Source: Asterias rubens (lineage: Eukaryota). Taken from it: 64,000 nt of DNA. Shown here one piece after another: positions 49,596 to 63,137 of this stretch. A program made the translations under genes and the position numbers. Numbering within the stretch: the first letter of the stretch is position 1; the number at the start of each line of letters is the position of its first letter. The notes under the pieces are model-generated. The model saw only the letters and a program-made list of their open reading frames with translations, was not told the origin of the DNA and did not search any database. The stretch is from assembly GCF_902459465.1 (NCBI RefSeq), contig NC_047070.1:13454001-13518000 (forward strand), written 5' to 3'.

Positions 49596-50777
49596 TACAA
49601 AGTCTTCACTATAGTCACCTTTACTATGTATCCCCTCGGCAAACTCGCTCGTCAAAGTCTTCACAATAGTCACCTTCCCGTCAAAGTCTTCACCATAGTC
49701 ACCTTTACAAAGTCTCTCCTCGTCAGACTCGCCCCGTCAAAGTCTTCACCATAGTCATCTTTACAAAGTCTCCCCTCGTCAAACTCACCCGTCAAAGTCT
49801 TCACCATAGTCACCTTTACAAAGTCTCTCCTCGGCAAACTCGCCCGTCAAAGTCTTCACCATAGTCACCTTTACAAAGTCTCTCCTCGTCAGACTCACCC
49901 CGTCAAAGTCTTCACCATAGTCACCTTTACAAAGTCTCTCCTCGGCAAACTCGCCCGTCAAAGTCTTCACCACAGTCACCCTTACAAAGTCTCCCTCGTC
50001 AAACTCACCGCGTCAAAGTCTTCACCATAGTCACCTTCCCGTCAAAGTCTTCACCATAGTCACCTTTACAAAGTCTCTCCTCGTCAGACTCGCCCCGTCA
50101 AAGTCTTCACCATAGTCACCTTTACAAAGTCTCTCCTCGGCAAACTCGCCCCGTCAAAGTCTTCACCATAGTCACCTTTACAAAGTCTCTCCTCGGCAAA
50201 CTCGCCCTGTCAAAGTCTTCACCATAGTCACCTTTACAAAGTCTCTCCTCGGCAAACTCGCCCGTCAAAGTCTTCACCATAGTCACCTTCCCGTCAAAGT
50301 CTTCACCATAGTCACCTTTACAAAGTCTCTCCTCGTCAGACTCGCCCCGTCAAAGTCTTCACCATAGTCACCTTTACAAAGTCTCTCCTCGGCAAACTCG
50401 CCCTGTCAAAGTCTTCACCATAGTCACCTTTACAAAGTCTCTCCTCGGCAAACTCGCCCGTCAAAGTCTTCACCATAGTCACCTTCCCGTCAAAGTCTTC
50501 ACCATAGTCACCTTTACAAAGTCACTCCTCGTCAGACTCGCCCCGTCAAAGTCTTCACCACAGTCACCCTTACAAAGTCTCCCTCGTCAAACTCACCCCG
50601 TCAAAGTCTTCACCATAGTCACCTTTACAAAGTCTCCCCTCGTTAAACTCACCCCGTCAAAGTCTTCACCACAGTCACCTTTACAAAGTCTCTCCTCGTC
50701 AGACTCACCCCGTCAAAGTCTTCACCAAAGTCACCTTTACAAAGTCTCTCCTCGTCAAACTCACCCTGTCAAAGTCT
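49596..50777. repeat. Minisatellite of 55-56-bp and 29-bp units
   Basis: gtcaaagtcttcaccatagtcacc followed by ttccc or by tttacaaagtctctcctcg(t/g)ca(g/a)actcgccc. Confidence 0.97.
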
Positions 50778-50809
50778 AGCCATGACTAGTGACCCCTTTT
50801 TTAAATTTT

Positions 50810-50960
50810 TTTTATCCATACACCGATGTGTGTTAGCACTGTATACTCAGTACTTTCTCGAGTCCTGTGAAAAAATATCACAGGCGTTACTCGGGTGGGA
50901 TTCGAACACACGACCCTTGCAATTCTAGAGCAGTGTCTTTCCAACTAGACTACCGAGGCT
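50810..50960 (-). mobile_element. tRNA-derived SINE (family S)
   Basis: Reverse complement matches the 24466-24906 units. Confidence 0.8.
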
Positions 50961-51461
50961 AGTTAGACACAGGTCATTGAGGCGTTTTCTGGATAGTTTC
51001 GGACAGCATGATCAACAGAACTCCTCTAAAGTATTATTCTATGTACCTCGTTGAGTTCTGAGTGATTCGAGCATATTTTAATGTTAAGCCTCATTATTTC
51101 GACGATCCAAAATGTTCTCCTGTTGAAAAGATCAACAGGCTTGTCTTCATTTCGGAACAAATTTACGGAATGATACAAGTACTAGAAACCAATCGAAAAG
51201 GTCACACTATACCTGGTGTGTGGGTGTGTGGCCAGGGAGCATGGGCGTGCAAGTATCGACCCTGTCAAGAAAATCGATTCCGATGAGATGCTGTTATTTG
51301 GGTTGTGTCGAATCGTCCGTGCCGTAAACATGCTCCACGCATCCTCGTGCTAGATCAAAACACTTTAAGACTAATATTTAACAGCATCTCTTGATCAGAA
51401 AACACAAAGGAAGATTTCCCTTAGGAGTAAAGTGGTGACCGGTCACTTCACAATGTATTGA

Positions 51462-51789
51462 ACACGGTTAAAGGGTAAATTTGAATTTTTGCTTTCATTC
51501 TAACGAATTCAGTCTTTTAGATTTACTTTGCGGAGGCGAGTTGCCCTCCAGGTATTTCTGATTGGGTAGTCCAGAAGTTTTTCTTTTTCGATATTGCAGC
51601 TATTTCCCCAAGAGTGTTTGTCGTGGTTGAGCTTAGCCTACAAGATATGCCTGCACGATGGTGGCACTAGGTAATGTACTAGATGTGGTTGTTCAAATCT
51701 GCCATTATAATACACGGTTAAAGGGTAAATTTGAATTTTTGCTTTCATTCTAACGAATTCAGTCTTTTAGATTTACTTTGCGGAGGCGA
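51462..51789. repeat. Perfect 78-bp direct repeat separated by 172 bp
   Basis: acacggttaaagggtaaatttg...ctttgcggaggcga at 51462-51539 and 51712-51789. Confidence 0.92.
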
Positions 51790-52038
51790 AGTAGGAGCAA
51801 AACGTCAACCCCGAGTTTCCTTGAAAAACAGATTATATGAGTTTAACGGGCAACCAAAACGGCCCGTACTCTATTTATTTATTCATGTTTACTCTTACTT
51901 ATGTTTTGCTTTACTCCGTAATACATGTAACTGTCGTTATTCTTATATGAAAGTGTGGAAATAAATGTATTCTTTAATTGAATTGAACAAGACTACGCTA
52001 GCATTTCCGAGCAAAACACTGGGCTTTTTACTGTGATT

Positions 52039-52318
52039 AACGGCTCCCTCTGAAGTGACGTACTTTTCGAGAAAGAAGTCATTTTCCACGACTTTGATTT
52101 CGAGACATCAGATTTAGAATTTGAGGTCTCGAAATCAAGCATCTGAAAGCACACAACTTCGTGGGACAGGGGTGTTTTTTTCTTTCATAGTTTCCTCGCA
52201 ACTCCGACGAACAATCGAGCTCAGATTTTCACAGGTTTGTTATTTTATGCATATGTTGAGATACAGCAAGTGAGAAGACTGGTCTTTGACAATTACCAAT
52301 AGTTTCCAGTGTCTTTAA
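52039..52318 (-). mobile_element. MITE family A, truncated
   Basis: One end missing. Confidence 0.85.
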
Positions 52319-52833
52319 TGGTCATATAATTAGCCCAAATTCCAAGACAATCATTCGGATTTATTACATCAGAGTTGTGTACAAGTTGACCCCGATCAAG
52401 TTGACTAATGCTGGGTCATTTAGCATACACTGCATTGAACAATAAGAGTCGCTCCTTTAATCGGTTCGTTACAAGTTGGCACTTATTTCATCCCGCATTC
52501 CTTGAGATGGGTTCGATTTCTCGATCATCGAGCTAAGATAGCCCTCACAGAAAAACGCACAGAGCGGATGCAACTCCCGGTAAAAAGACACCGCATCATG
52601 TTGACTCTGTTATCCCACACAGGCACAGTGCAAATGGTCTTATCCAGTGTGCTAAAACCCTCTCTTTCTCCATCTTGAAGAAAATAACCGTATCCTTCAC
52701 GTTTCTACCCTGGATATTTATTTCCCCAGACGGTATGGCTCGCATTAAGGTATTATACGTCTTAAGAAATAACCCGTAAATCTGTGTGTAAGTCAAATGC
52801 CAAGGCTAATAAGGTCAATTTATGAAAAGCATC

Positions 52834-53418
52834 TTAAAGTCACCTGGAAGTGGTATTTTTTTCAAAATAAAGCTTTTGTCACTAAAATATGTGTTTTGAT
52901 GAGTGGAATGTGAATAAACAGTTAACTAAGGTTTTAAAAAATCAGTTCTTATTTTATTTACAAATTTAAGAGTAGACCCCGACCCGAGAGGGCGCTGTTC
53001 GTGACGTCAATCGAGGCAGACTTTGCCTGTAATGCGTAGAGTAAACACAATTGCAAAGTACATGTACGGACCAAGTCGTGAGTTTGTACGTTTCAAAAAA
53101 AAAATTGTTTTTGTTTTTTCCGGCAATGCCGACCAGGTGTATTGCTGCTGCATGCAGAAAAACACTTTATGAAATGTACCAACTCACGACTTGGACGTAC
53201 ATGTACTTTGCACGTGTGTTTACTATACGCATTGCAGGTAAAGTCTGCCTCGATTGACGTCACAAAAGGGGTAGGCGGAGTCAGCCCCCCAAACAACTTC
53301 ATATATTTTTTAAACATATAAATCGTGACAAACAATTACTAAAAAAATAGTTTTATTGTTCGTAAGCATATACTCTTATGTTTGAAAGAAAACAAAATCT
53401 GGTTCCAGGTGACTTTAA
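52834..53418 (+). mobile_element. 585-bp Kolobok-like non-autonomous element (family C) with a THAP-start remnant
   Basis: ttaa-AGTCACCTGGAA ... TTCCAGGTGACT-ttaa; internal inverted repeat; MPTRCIAAAC at 53126. Confidence 0.8.
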
Positions 53419-55478
53419 ACCATTCCTGACTAGGGTTTTATGTGAAAAGGTCTTCTTTGAATTGCAAAGGAAAATGCAGGTTTCACGTTGTTAAGAAGAA
53501 ATTGAATGTCTTTTCATTCACAGATATAAAATATACCACAAGATGTACAAACAACGTTGTTACATTTGGATCTAAAATAGATAAAACAAACATAACATTG
53601 GAAACGAAGAAATCACATTCCAAATAAAACACTTTACTCAGTTGATCTGTACTTGCTCTAAGAATGAATAACTAAAAACTCCTTATTCTATGAGCCCATG
53701 TTCCAGTCCTAGCTCGGACTCATCGCGTGTGCAGTGATTTGATTCTGTCTCATTTAGTCCATTACGTGATAAGTTAAATGCGTAATAGTACAGACCCATA
53801 TTTCTATAGCTCTATATATAAAATCTGAATGATTCTTTCTCTTTAATGGTGACGTCATAATTGAGGGAAACGGTGATAGTCTCGGAGGGCGGGTGCAGAA
53901 ATGGCATTTTCTTTTGGATGTGGTATCAAATCCATGCTGACTGTCAATACCTTTCGGAGCTCCCACCCCAGGACCTTTTAGAGAACATCTGGGTGTCACT
54001 GCCATAGAAGTAAATATGCATTAATTCAGCTGCACCTTAATGGTTGATACCTTACGCGCTTCAGAGAGAGAACAATCAAGTGCCACCCCTTGCCAGCAAT
54101 TATCACATTGTACCTTCATCCACGGGGAGTGTCAGAGGATTTAGTCCATTTGGGACGGCCTTGTACGCTCGTCATCCGAGGGGATGAGACTGCCGTGAAC
54201 GCTCGTCGATCCAGTAAGGGGGATTGGGGGGGGGGGGTGGGGGCAGTGCCATTGGGTTTAGTTCCTGCAGGACGGGGCTATCTTATAGAAGATACACCAT
54301 ACCTCATCACCTCATGGATTCAAAGACCATGGATCTTTGACGAGTTTGCTCTTCATGAAATCGTTGACTCTGGACCACGAATTTTTTCTTTATACTAAAT
54401 TTTGTTTGTATAGGTAACTGCCCTAAGCGCATAAACAGCCCGTCCTTAAAGTTTCGAATACCAATCTGTAAATTGTCGTGTACAACTTTCAGATTGTCTG
54501 CCAAACAATGACGAGAAATTTAAGGTCCGTCGACAATGGTGCTTGTATTGGAGGTTGGGGTTACGTGCACTTCCTGGATGGTAATATGTAACGTTTTGAA
54601 TTTTGAGCTTAATTTAACATGGCACATATCGTGACCCTAAGTTACATAACAAGTATGTTCCGTGAATTTCACCTGACCTATGACTTTACGTCCCATTCGA
54701 ACGACTAAGCAATGGTAAAGTAAATCTTGCACAAGGACAGAAACATGCAGCCTGGCTGGAAGTCAAACCCTTACTCTGTGAGCGACATCATAGGTTGATA
54801 TTTCATATCATTCCACTTTTATACCATCTTTAATGCGTACCAGTTATGATCTTGGATGTTTTTTGTTGAGTATGTTTAACTGACGTGATGGTCTGTCTCA
54901 CGAAGTGAGCCATCGTTATATCCTTCCACGTGGCTGATTAATTCCCTTAATTTTCCCGCTCTTTCCTATTAGTCCATTATAGTTGTCTTGTTTGCTAACG
55001 ATCGTGCGTGATTGAAACTAATTCAGAAATAGGTCGAGCGAATACGGTTGTTTTCTGCTCTATTTGTTGGTTGTTTTTATGGTGCCCCTAAAATTGTAAA
55101 ATTGTATTGGCCCTTTATCTGTCACGTTTGTTTCTTTTGTTGTTGTAATGTCAGTCGTAGACGGTCAGACAAACGGACAGTCCGAATGGTTTGCGAATAG
55201 CTTGTCAACGTGTAATTCTGTTATTCTCAGGTCACGTTTCGGCGAAATGCAATTCAAATTGACATTGAAAATATGAGGTGTTTTACTCTCAAATCGGTAA
55301 CTACAATGGACTCAAAAACTCTGATACGAGACTGGTTTCTCGCTATTGTATTAATGTTCATATCATAACAATATGACGTGATATTACATTGGTTTAACAT
55401 TAAAGGTGTTATATCCATGATTGACAGGGCTTACAGCATAGAGCCACAGACAGTGCTCATGTTTTGTGTGGTCAACAA

Positions 55479-55840
55479 TTAAAGGTTTTGGGTACTTTTT
55501 CCATATGTCCATAGATTTACATTAAACTTATACAGTGTTTGAAGATAATGCTAGTGGAAAGCTTCCCTTCAAGTATTACTTACTGAGGTGCTGTAGTTTT
55601 TGAGAAATTAGTAAAGCAATAATATGAAAATACGTTTGTACATGCTTAAAATAATTTTCGTCTCATGAGACGAAAACTATTTTCATGACATTGTTTTACC
55701 CATTTCCCAAAAACTACAGCACCTCAGCACGTAATATTTTCAAGGAAGCTTTCTACTATCATTATCTTCAAACTGTGTAAGTAAAGTGTAAATCTGTGGA
55801 CATCGTGGTTTTTGTCCTACAAAAAGTACATACACCCTAA
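55479..55840. mobile_element. Foldback MITE (family E)
   Basis: Long inverted arms, e.g. ctgaggtgctgtagtttttgagaaat / atttcccaaaaactacagcacctcag, centred near tcgtctcatgagacga. Confidence 0.75.
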
Positions 55841-56374
55841 GAACAAACCTTTGACATTGTTTGCTTAATCTGTTGTGTGAGTCAGGAGAAACTTTGAAAA
55901 ACAATGCATGCTCAATTTTCAGCGTTTAAAAATATTCTCCTTTAACTTGTTAATGACAACCAAAACTTAGCTGTTCATGTTTTTAAAGGTATTCAGAAAC
56001 AGTTTTCTCGATTATTAAATCATTTCAGAGTGAAATATTTCACACACAAAATGGTGCTACTAGTATGAACAAGTATCAAGATTATAACATCCCAGTGATT
56101 TTTGTATCCTTACTAATACACTGTATAAATAATTTTAGGCTCGTAATTAACAAGATCTTGTTGACAACTAATAATTGTCTTCTTTGAATTGCCCCTAACT
56201 TATATTCACGAAAGTAATGAAACGTTTGTTCCAAATTTCATTATATTAATTTTTTTAAACTCAATTGCAGATCCCTGTTTATTTTCTAGTAAAACAAATA
56301 AATTGAACAGAAACACAAACGCAAAAAAAACCCAACAAACTACACCAACAATAACAACAAGCAAAGATTGCAGC

Positions 56375-56670
56375 TTAAAGGCACTGAACACAATTGGTAA
56401 TTGTCAAAGACCAGTATTATCACTTGGTGTATCCCAACATATGCATGAAATAACAGCCTGTAGAAATTTGGATTCAATAAAAGGCTTCTGGCCAGAAGTC
56501 TTTTATTATTTAGTGAGAAATTACCTCTTTATCAAAATCTACGTTACTTCAGAGGGAGCTGTTTCTCACAATGTTTTATACTATCAACATCTCTCCGTTG
56601 CTTGTTACGAGGTAAATTTTTATGCTAAGATATATTTTGAATAATTACGAAACGTTCATTGTGCCTTTAA
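56375..56670 (+). mobile_element. MITE family A, internally deleted
   Basis: Both ends present; interior shortened. Confidence 0.8.
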
Positions 56671-56774
56671 TACATTGAATTCTTTGTAGAGATTTTCCAA
56701 TATAATTGTGTGTATGGGTTACATTGGAATGCGATTCATGTTGATGCATATTAAACATACGGTTTCTCTTTATT

Positions 56775-57134
56775 TTAAAGGCAGTGGACACTATTGGTAA
56801 TTACTTTAAATAATTATTATCATAAAACCTTTCTTGATTACGAGTAATGGGAGAAACAGCTCCCTCTAAAGTGACAGAGTTTTCGAGAAAGAAGTAATTT
56901 TCCACGAATTTGATTTTGAGACCTCAGATTTAGAATTTGAGGTCTCGAAATCAGATTTCCATGGTGACCATGGTACGACAAGGGTGTTTTTTATTTTATT
57001 AATATCTTGCAACTTCGACGACCGATTGAGCTCAAATTTTCACAGGTTTGTTATTTTATGCTATATATGTTGAGATACACCAACTGTGAAGGCTATAGTC
57101 TTTGACAATTACCAATAGTGTCCACTGCCTTTAA
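56775..57134 (-). mobile_element. MITE family A
   Basis: Both TIRs and TTAA flanks. Confidence 0.88.
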
Positions 57135-58574
57135 CCCTGCACACGTTGACCTTCCCGGTTTAGGTGCCTCAAATAGCCCTAGCTACGCGGTACCGGTACG
57201 TTTTACCTTTTCATCGAATCTCGATTTAGAAAATATGGGTTGGAATTTGCTTATGACCAAACAACCTTACACCACTATGACCTTTGCTCTCATGATGTGT
57301 GTTCGTTTTGTTGAATATCACATACAAAATGACATTGGTTTACACATGTTAGATCTTACATAGTAGTTAATGTTATAAAACAATACAATTTGTTTAATTT
57401 GAGTTTTGCTTTCTAAATTCTTGTATTGATATTCTAGACGCGAAGCGGAATGAATCGGGCATTAAGATGCATGAACCCTTCACCGTTCACCATATCACAT
57501 ACACCCTAAAGGTCTCCAACCACTTCGTGATCACTATGTCATATTTCAAATTCCCCTGCGTCTGAATTTGCATTATTCACTTACATGCATGAATGAACAG
57601 GACAGGGTTGTGCTTATTTATGAATACATTATAGCCACCTTTGCCTGCGTGATGAACCAAAGGTTAAGCACTACATCGCGTTTTTGTTCTTTTTTCTTCT
57701 TAAAAAAGCAAGTTGGACACTTCACCGTGTGCTTCGAATTTGCATGTTTTGTCGACAAATATTCGTTTATTTGCTAGCGTACGACAGGGTACATCACACG
57801 AAGTGAACAACGCTGTCAATCACCCGTTTTATGATAATGTGCTCAGACAGAAGCTTAGCCAGTTGAAAACAAAAACCTAAGGAAATTATCCTTTTTATGT
57901 TCTCTGCGGGAAATCGTCAGATACACGGAATTCTTCAGCTATGGAACAAAACACATGGATACCGAAGAAAGGATCTTTGCGTTAAAAATACATCAATTTG
58001 CAATTTTCTGTTTACATTGGTGTTATTTTAAAACCCTAAGATGTTTTACTTAACTAAGTAAAAACTTTGATTCTTTATTCGTTTGGATTCTTTATTCTTC
58101 GTTCTTTCTTCGTCTTTCTATGCGTGACATTGTGTCAATTTCCACCCCCACTTGTTGCAGTGAAAACATAGTGGTGCCAATTTAAACACCCCATGTTTGT
58201 TTGTTTGTTTGTTTGTTTGTTTTAAACCCGAAACCATCCTTTCGTTTCAAAAACAATCTTTTGATTTCATATCAAAGCTGGAATGCTGAAACACATACCT
58301 TTACTTCTATGACTTTAATTCAGATTACGTTCTGGAAAACAAGTCGGTCCAGGTTCAGCTGTTGAATTATATCAACTACAATGCGCCGTCCTTGACGTAC
58401 ATTATTTGACGAAGCCCATTACTGGATTCCTAAATTATCAAATAACTTTATCGTATTGAAATGCACCACAGGTTCTGAAATTATTGTTACGGATATAGTA
58501 TAATTATTTGATATATTCGCCTTTTGTAGATAATTATATTTTTAATAATTGTTGTTATAATTGGTATTTTTATC

Positions 58575-58706
58575 TTAAAGGCAGTGTGACAAGGCTGTTT
58601 TTTCTTTCATTCATTTCTCGCAACTTTGACGACCAATTGAGCTCAATTTTTCACAGGTTTGTTAATTTATGCATATGTTAAGATACATAGTGTCCACTGT
58701 CTTTAA
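58575..58706 (-). mobile_element. 132-bp double-deletion derivative of family A
   Basis: Both terminal ~10 bp plus one interior block. Confidence 0.8.
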
Positions 58707-60034
58707 AAAACATTTTGTGACGTTTCTCTTTCATAATGTCAAGGGATCTGTAGGAAATCACGAGCAAACGTTTGTCAACAGAGCTAGAATGGGCTAAACA
58801 TCATACCATACAAAACGAACCACATTAAACCGATAATATTTTGAGAAAAGTTTCTCTGATTCCGAGGAATCCAATCCGATGATAGAGATATTGAAAAACA
58901 TTTCCCAAGACCGACACATCAACAACGAAGTACCTAGGTTATCATTTAATGGTTATCACAAGGCCAAGACACCTTGCGATAGCTCTAGATTCCCACACCT
59001 TGGTATGTGACACCTGAGACAGAAATACTCATCCACGAACCACAAGTTTTGCTTCCATGTTAAATATTACCAGAAATGAAATAACATATTATTCAAAACG
59101 ATAACATTGGGTAAAAAAACAATACCTTATACAAAGAATCACTAAAGCAAATATGTACAAACTCAAAATATTAAATGCCCAATGGTTACTTTAACCTTTT
59201 TAAAGCAGTGACACCTTGGCAAATTGCATGTGTATATTCTTAATACTTCTCACTGAAACAAAAAGTGTACCAACTCACCAGTCATTACGGTTTATATACC
59301 ACGAATACAGACCCCTTTCATTGATTGGCGGGATACGCGTCACGTGCCATCCTTTATTTTGCCATGTGCACCCCGAAGCTTCGCAAAGTAATATAGGAGT
59401 CCTACATGGATATGACGCATCAGACTCTTTTGCAGCGTCGTATCAAAAATAATTGTTGCCGCCTGTTTGTCTGAATGAGGTAAGGTAGTGTCGCGCGGGG
59501 CAGTATGGATGGTCGAATTTATGTGTCTACTTGGTGTTTATTGTGTTTTTCTTCGTTAATTGACAAGGATCGATATGTGAGATTCATTTAACAAATATTG
59601 AATGCATTTTGTTTGACAATGTCGCAGAGGATAATCAAAAGGTGCAAGTTTGACTGTCCATTATTGATTGAGTAAATTTGGAAGAAAGCCTCGTCGTGTG
59701 GGTTCGAGTCCTGGTTGAGGCATTTGTGTTTCGCAGAGCGAGAGACTTCTGTTGCACCACATCACCGGGTTTAATTGTCACTTTCAATTTCAATTTCAAC
59801 TGTGGTTTAATGTAACATGAAAACAAACACTGCACTATAGTTCACTATATAGTTCAAAGACTAAACAAGTCAAGTTTACAAAGATAAAATATTGCGTAAA
59901 AAATGAAAGATTAAAAAAGGTAAACACATAACTGCGTGGATATGATATTATAATGATACAAAGAGTACACCTTGCTCTATTGTTTGGACTGCATTCTCAG
60001 AAGGAGTCTTTACATAAGGTGTCATAGGGTACCT

Positions 60035-60421
60035 TTTAAGACACTGGACACTATTGGTAATTGTCAAAGACTAGTCTTCACAGTTGGTGTATCTCAGCAT
60101 ATGCATAAAATAACAAACCTGTGAAGATTTGAGCTCAATCGGTCATTAAACTTGCGAGTTAATAATGAAAGAAAAAAACACTCTTGACACACGAAGTTGT
60201 GTGCGTTTAGATGGTTGATTTCGAGACCTCAAGTTCTAAATCTGAGGTCTCGAAATCAAATTCGTGGAAAATTACTTCTTTCTCGAAAACTATGGCACTT
60301 CAGAGGGAGCCGTTTATCACAATGTTTCATACCAGCAACCTTTCCCCATTACTCGTCACCAAGCAAGGTTTTATGCTAATAATTATTTTGAGTAGTTACC
60401 AATAGTGTCCACTGCCTTTAA
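60035..60421 (+). mobile_element. MITE family A
   Basis: Full copy. Confidence 0.9.
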
Positions 60422-61163
60422 CCTGATGGCCGAATAACAATAAAGCGTCGTCGTCTTTGCAGTTGTTGTGAATGATTAGGTTAGACTGGCGTTATTAATC
60501 CATCGCTGCTGCTGCAGTTGGGAGTTAATTGATATTTATATCATTTCTGGCGTTGACAGGTGGTGACATTATGAATTTATTCTAAAGAAAATATTAAAAC
60601 ATGATATTCTTTGATAAATTGTATGTTATTAAATCCCACGCTAGAAGACGGTGTCTAGACGACTGGATAGAATTGATCGCTTTCTAGTTGGCAACGATGT
60701 GTTATCGCTGAAACAACAACCTTTGGACTTCACTGAAATCTACAGCCATGAGCCGGTTAGTGAGTGGTTAGTCCGTGCGTGACGCACACGCTTTCACGGT
60801 GCCTTTAACGGTTCATGGAAATCATCCAACCATAAGTTGTCTCTCTTCACCTAGGTGGATAAATGAGGACTTGTTGGTGTTGATGGTTTTGATTATTTTC
60901 TTTGCAGATCATCATCTGCTAGGGTGTTTGCTAGAGGTGTTTAGTCTTTGAGGTGTGTCTTTGAATGTGTGTCTGTTGTTGGTGCGTTTTGGGGGGTATT
61001 TGTTGGGGGTGTTTGCTTGTTGGAGTAATTCGAGGTTTGGCGATGGTATCTCCACGATAAGACAGCGTGTTTGACGTAAGAAACAAACAGCATTTTGTTT
61101 TGTGTGACGACCAAGCGATCTTAGTGAATCTTGTTTATTTTGAATTAAATGTACCTATGTCAC

Positions 61164-61553
61164 TTAAGGCTCTTGGCACTATTGGTAATTACTAAAATTA
61201 ATTCTTAGCATAAGACCTTACATACTTGCTGACGAGTAAGCTGTCATTAGTATAAACATTGTGAGAAACGGCTCGTTCTGAAGTAACGTAGTTTTCGAGA
61301 AAGAAGTAATCTCTCACTAAATTATTTGAATTTGATTTCGTGACCACAGAATTAGATTTCGAGGTCTCGAGATCAAGCATCTGAAAGCGCACAACATGTG
61401 CAACAAGGGCGTTTTTTCTTCCATTATTCTCGCAACTTCGACGACCAACTGAGCTCAAATTTTCACAGGTTTGTTATTTTGTGCATTATGTTGAGATACA
61501 CCAAGTGAGAAGACTGGTCTTTGACAGTTACCAAAGGTGCCCAGTGTCTTTAA
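61164..61553 (-). mobile_element. MITE family A
   Basis: Full reverse copy, diverged ends. Confidence 0.85.
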
Positions 61554-62083
61554 GTTGAGAACGGAATAAGTACCAAATCCAATATAGGTTCGAAAGATAG
61601 ATGGCCATTCAAAGTCTGATTAGTTTCATACTGTGACATACCTGGGAGATAGTACAAGTTGGAATCCCTCATACCCACGTCTAGATGCTAGAAGGTAATT
61701 CGCAATGTAATCACCTGGTGGTCAGAGTAATATTTGGGTTATCTCTAGAGCACATCTTCTAAGATTAAACCTGTACAATAGAGATCGAGGGGAATAAAAT
61801 GACTGTCTGTGGTGGGAACTGCTCAATGTATGATTGGGTACCGAGGGGAACTTGATCTATATGAGCTATTGTCTAGACGGTTTCAGCATGGAGATAGAGC
61901 TGTGTTTCGTTACATACTGTTTACAGTGACGTCATTGGCGTAACAAAAACGAGTTGATTTATAACTCAAGTTTGAACGTCCCAAATCGTTTTAACAGGCC
62001 ACAAGTAAACATGTAATGGTAGTTCTATTGTTTTTGCCTTGTAGGTAACAATGGATTTGACTATGGTGGTTCGTATAATAATA

Positions 62084-63137
62084 AACTGCTCACAAAAAGT
62101 AAGGAAACTTTTTTCAATCCAGTATATTTGTTATTATTTATTACTCTCTTTGTATATGGTATATATCAATGCAAAGCTGAACTGTTCCTCTTTAAGATGA
62201 TACCACAGTTGCAATGATTACATGTTGCTGGACTTGACCACGTTAATGAGAATGAGACAACGTCACAAATCAAATGTGCCAAAACTAGCAATTTTGTGTT
62301 ATTGTAATTCAAACAAGCAAGACAACATACTGATCTTAATCCACTTTATTGAGACAAGAAGTTTGGTATAGAGCAAGACAACTTACTGATCTTAATACAC
62401 TTTATTGATACAAAAAGTTCAGTAACAAGTGAATGATCCGAAGGCGTTGACGACAGCCTGGCACCTTCTTCTCATGCTGCACACAGGTCTTGTGATGCGC
62501 TGATGATGAGGGATCGCGCCAGAACCACCAACACATCAACTGTGGCTGACCTAACCAGGTTCCTTAATAAAGAATGGAACGCCAAACTGGTCCCACAGAT
62601 GTTCCATGGGATTCAGGTCTGGACTGTTAGAAGGCCAATCCATCCGGTGCACCACAACATTTTTCAGGTAGTCACCAGTCGGGCTTGATTGGGGCGAGCG
62701 TTGTCATCTTGAAAGATGGCATTTGGTCCAAGAGTCTGCAAGTATGGGACTGCATTCGGCTGTAGAATATCGGTTTGCAAATACCCATCAAACAAGGTGT
62801 TTTTCGTTAGATGAGGGTTAATTGTGTCCGATGAGCTCACTGGTGCAAATCATTGTGTAAACCATTGGTGGTTCTGAAAAGCTTGATCGATTCGATTATT
62901 GAGCATTACCTATTGACCATTCACAGACAACGGTAATTTTGGCACATTTGATTTGTGACTTTGCCTCATTGTTATTCGTGTAGCCAAGTTCAGCAACATG
63001 TAATCATTGCAAATATGGTATCATTTTAAAAAGGAACAGTTCAGCTTTACATTGATATATACCATATACAAAGAGAGTATTAAATAATAACAAATATACT
63101 GGATTGAAAAAAGTTTCCTTACTTTTTGTGAGCAGTT
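62084..63137 (-). mobile_element. Internally deleted Tc1/mariner element with a transposase remnant
   Basis: ~205-bp TIRs starting AACTGCTCACAAAAAGTAAGGAAACTT, TA on both sides; minus-strand IFQDDNARP and WPSNSPDLNPMEHLWD motifs with frameshifts. Confidence 0.92.

Noticed and set aside
54090-54504. Opposing ORFs (102 aa plus, 65 aa minus)
   Set aside because: No recognisable domain, the plus ORF crosses a poly-G run, and no consistent exon chain was found.
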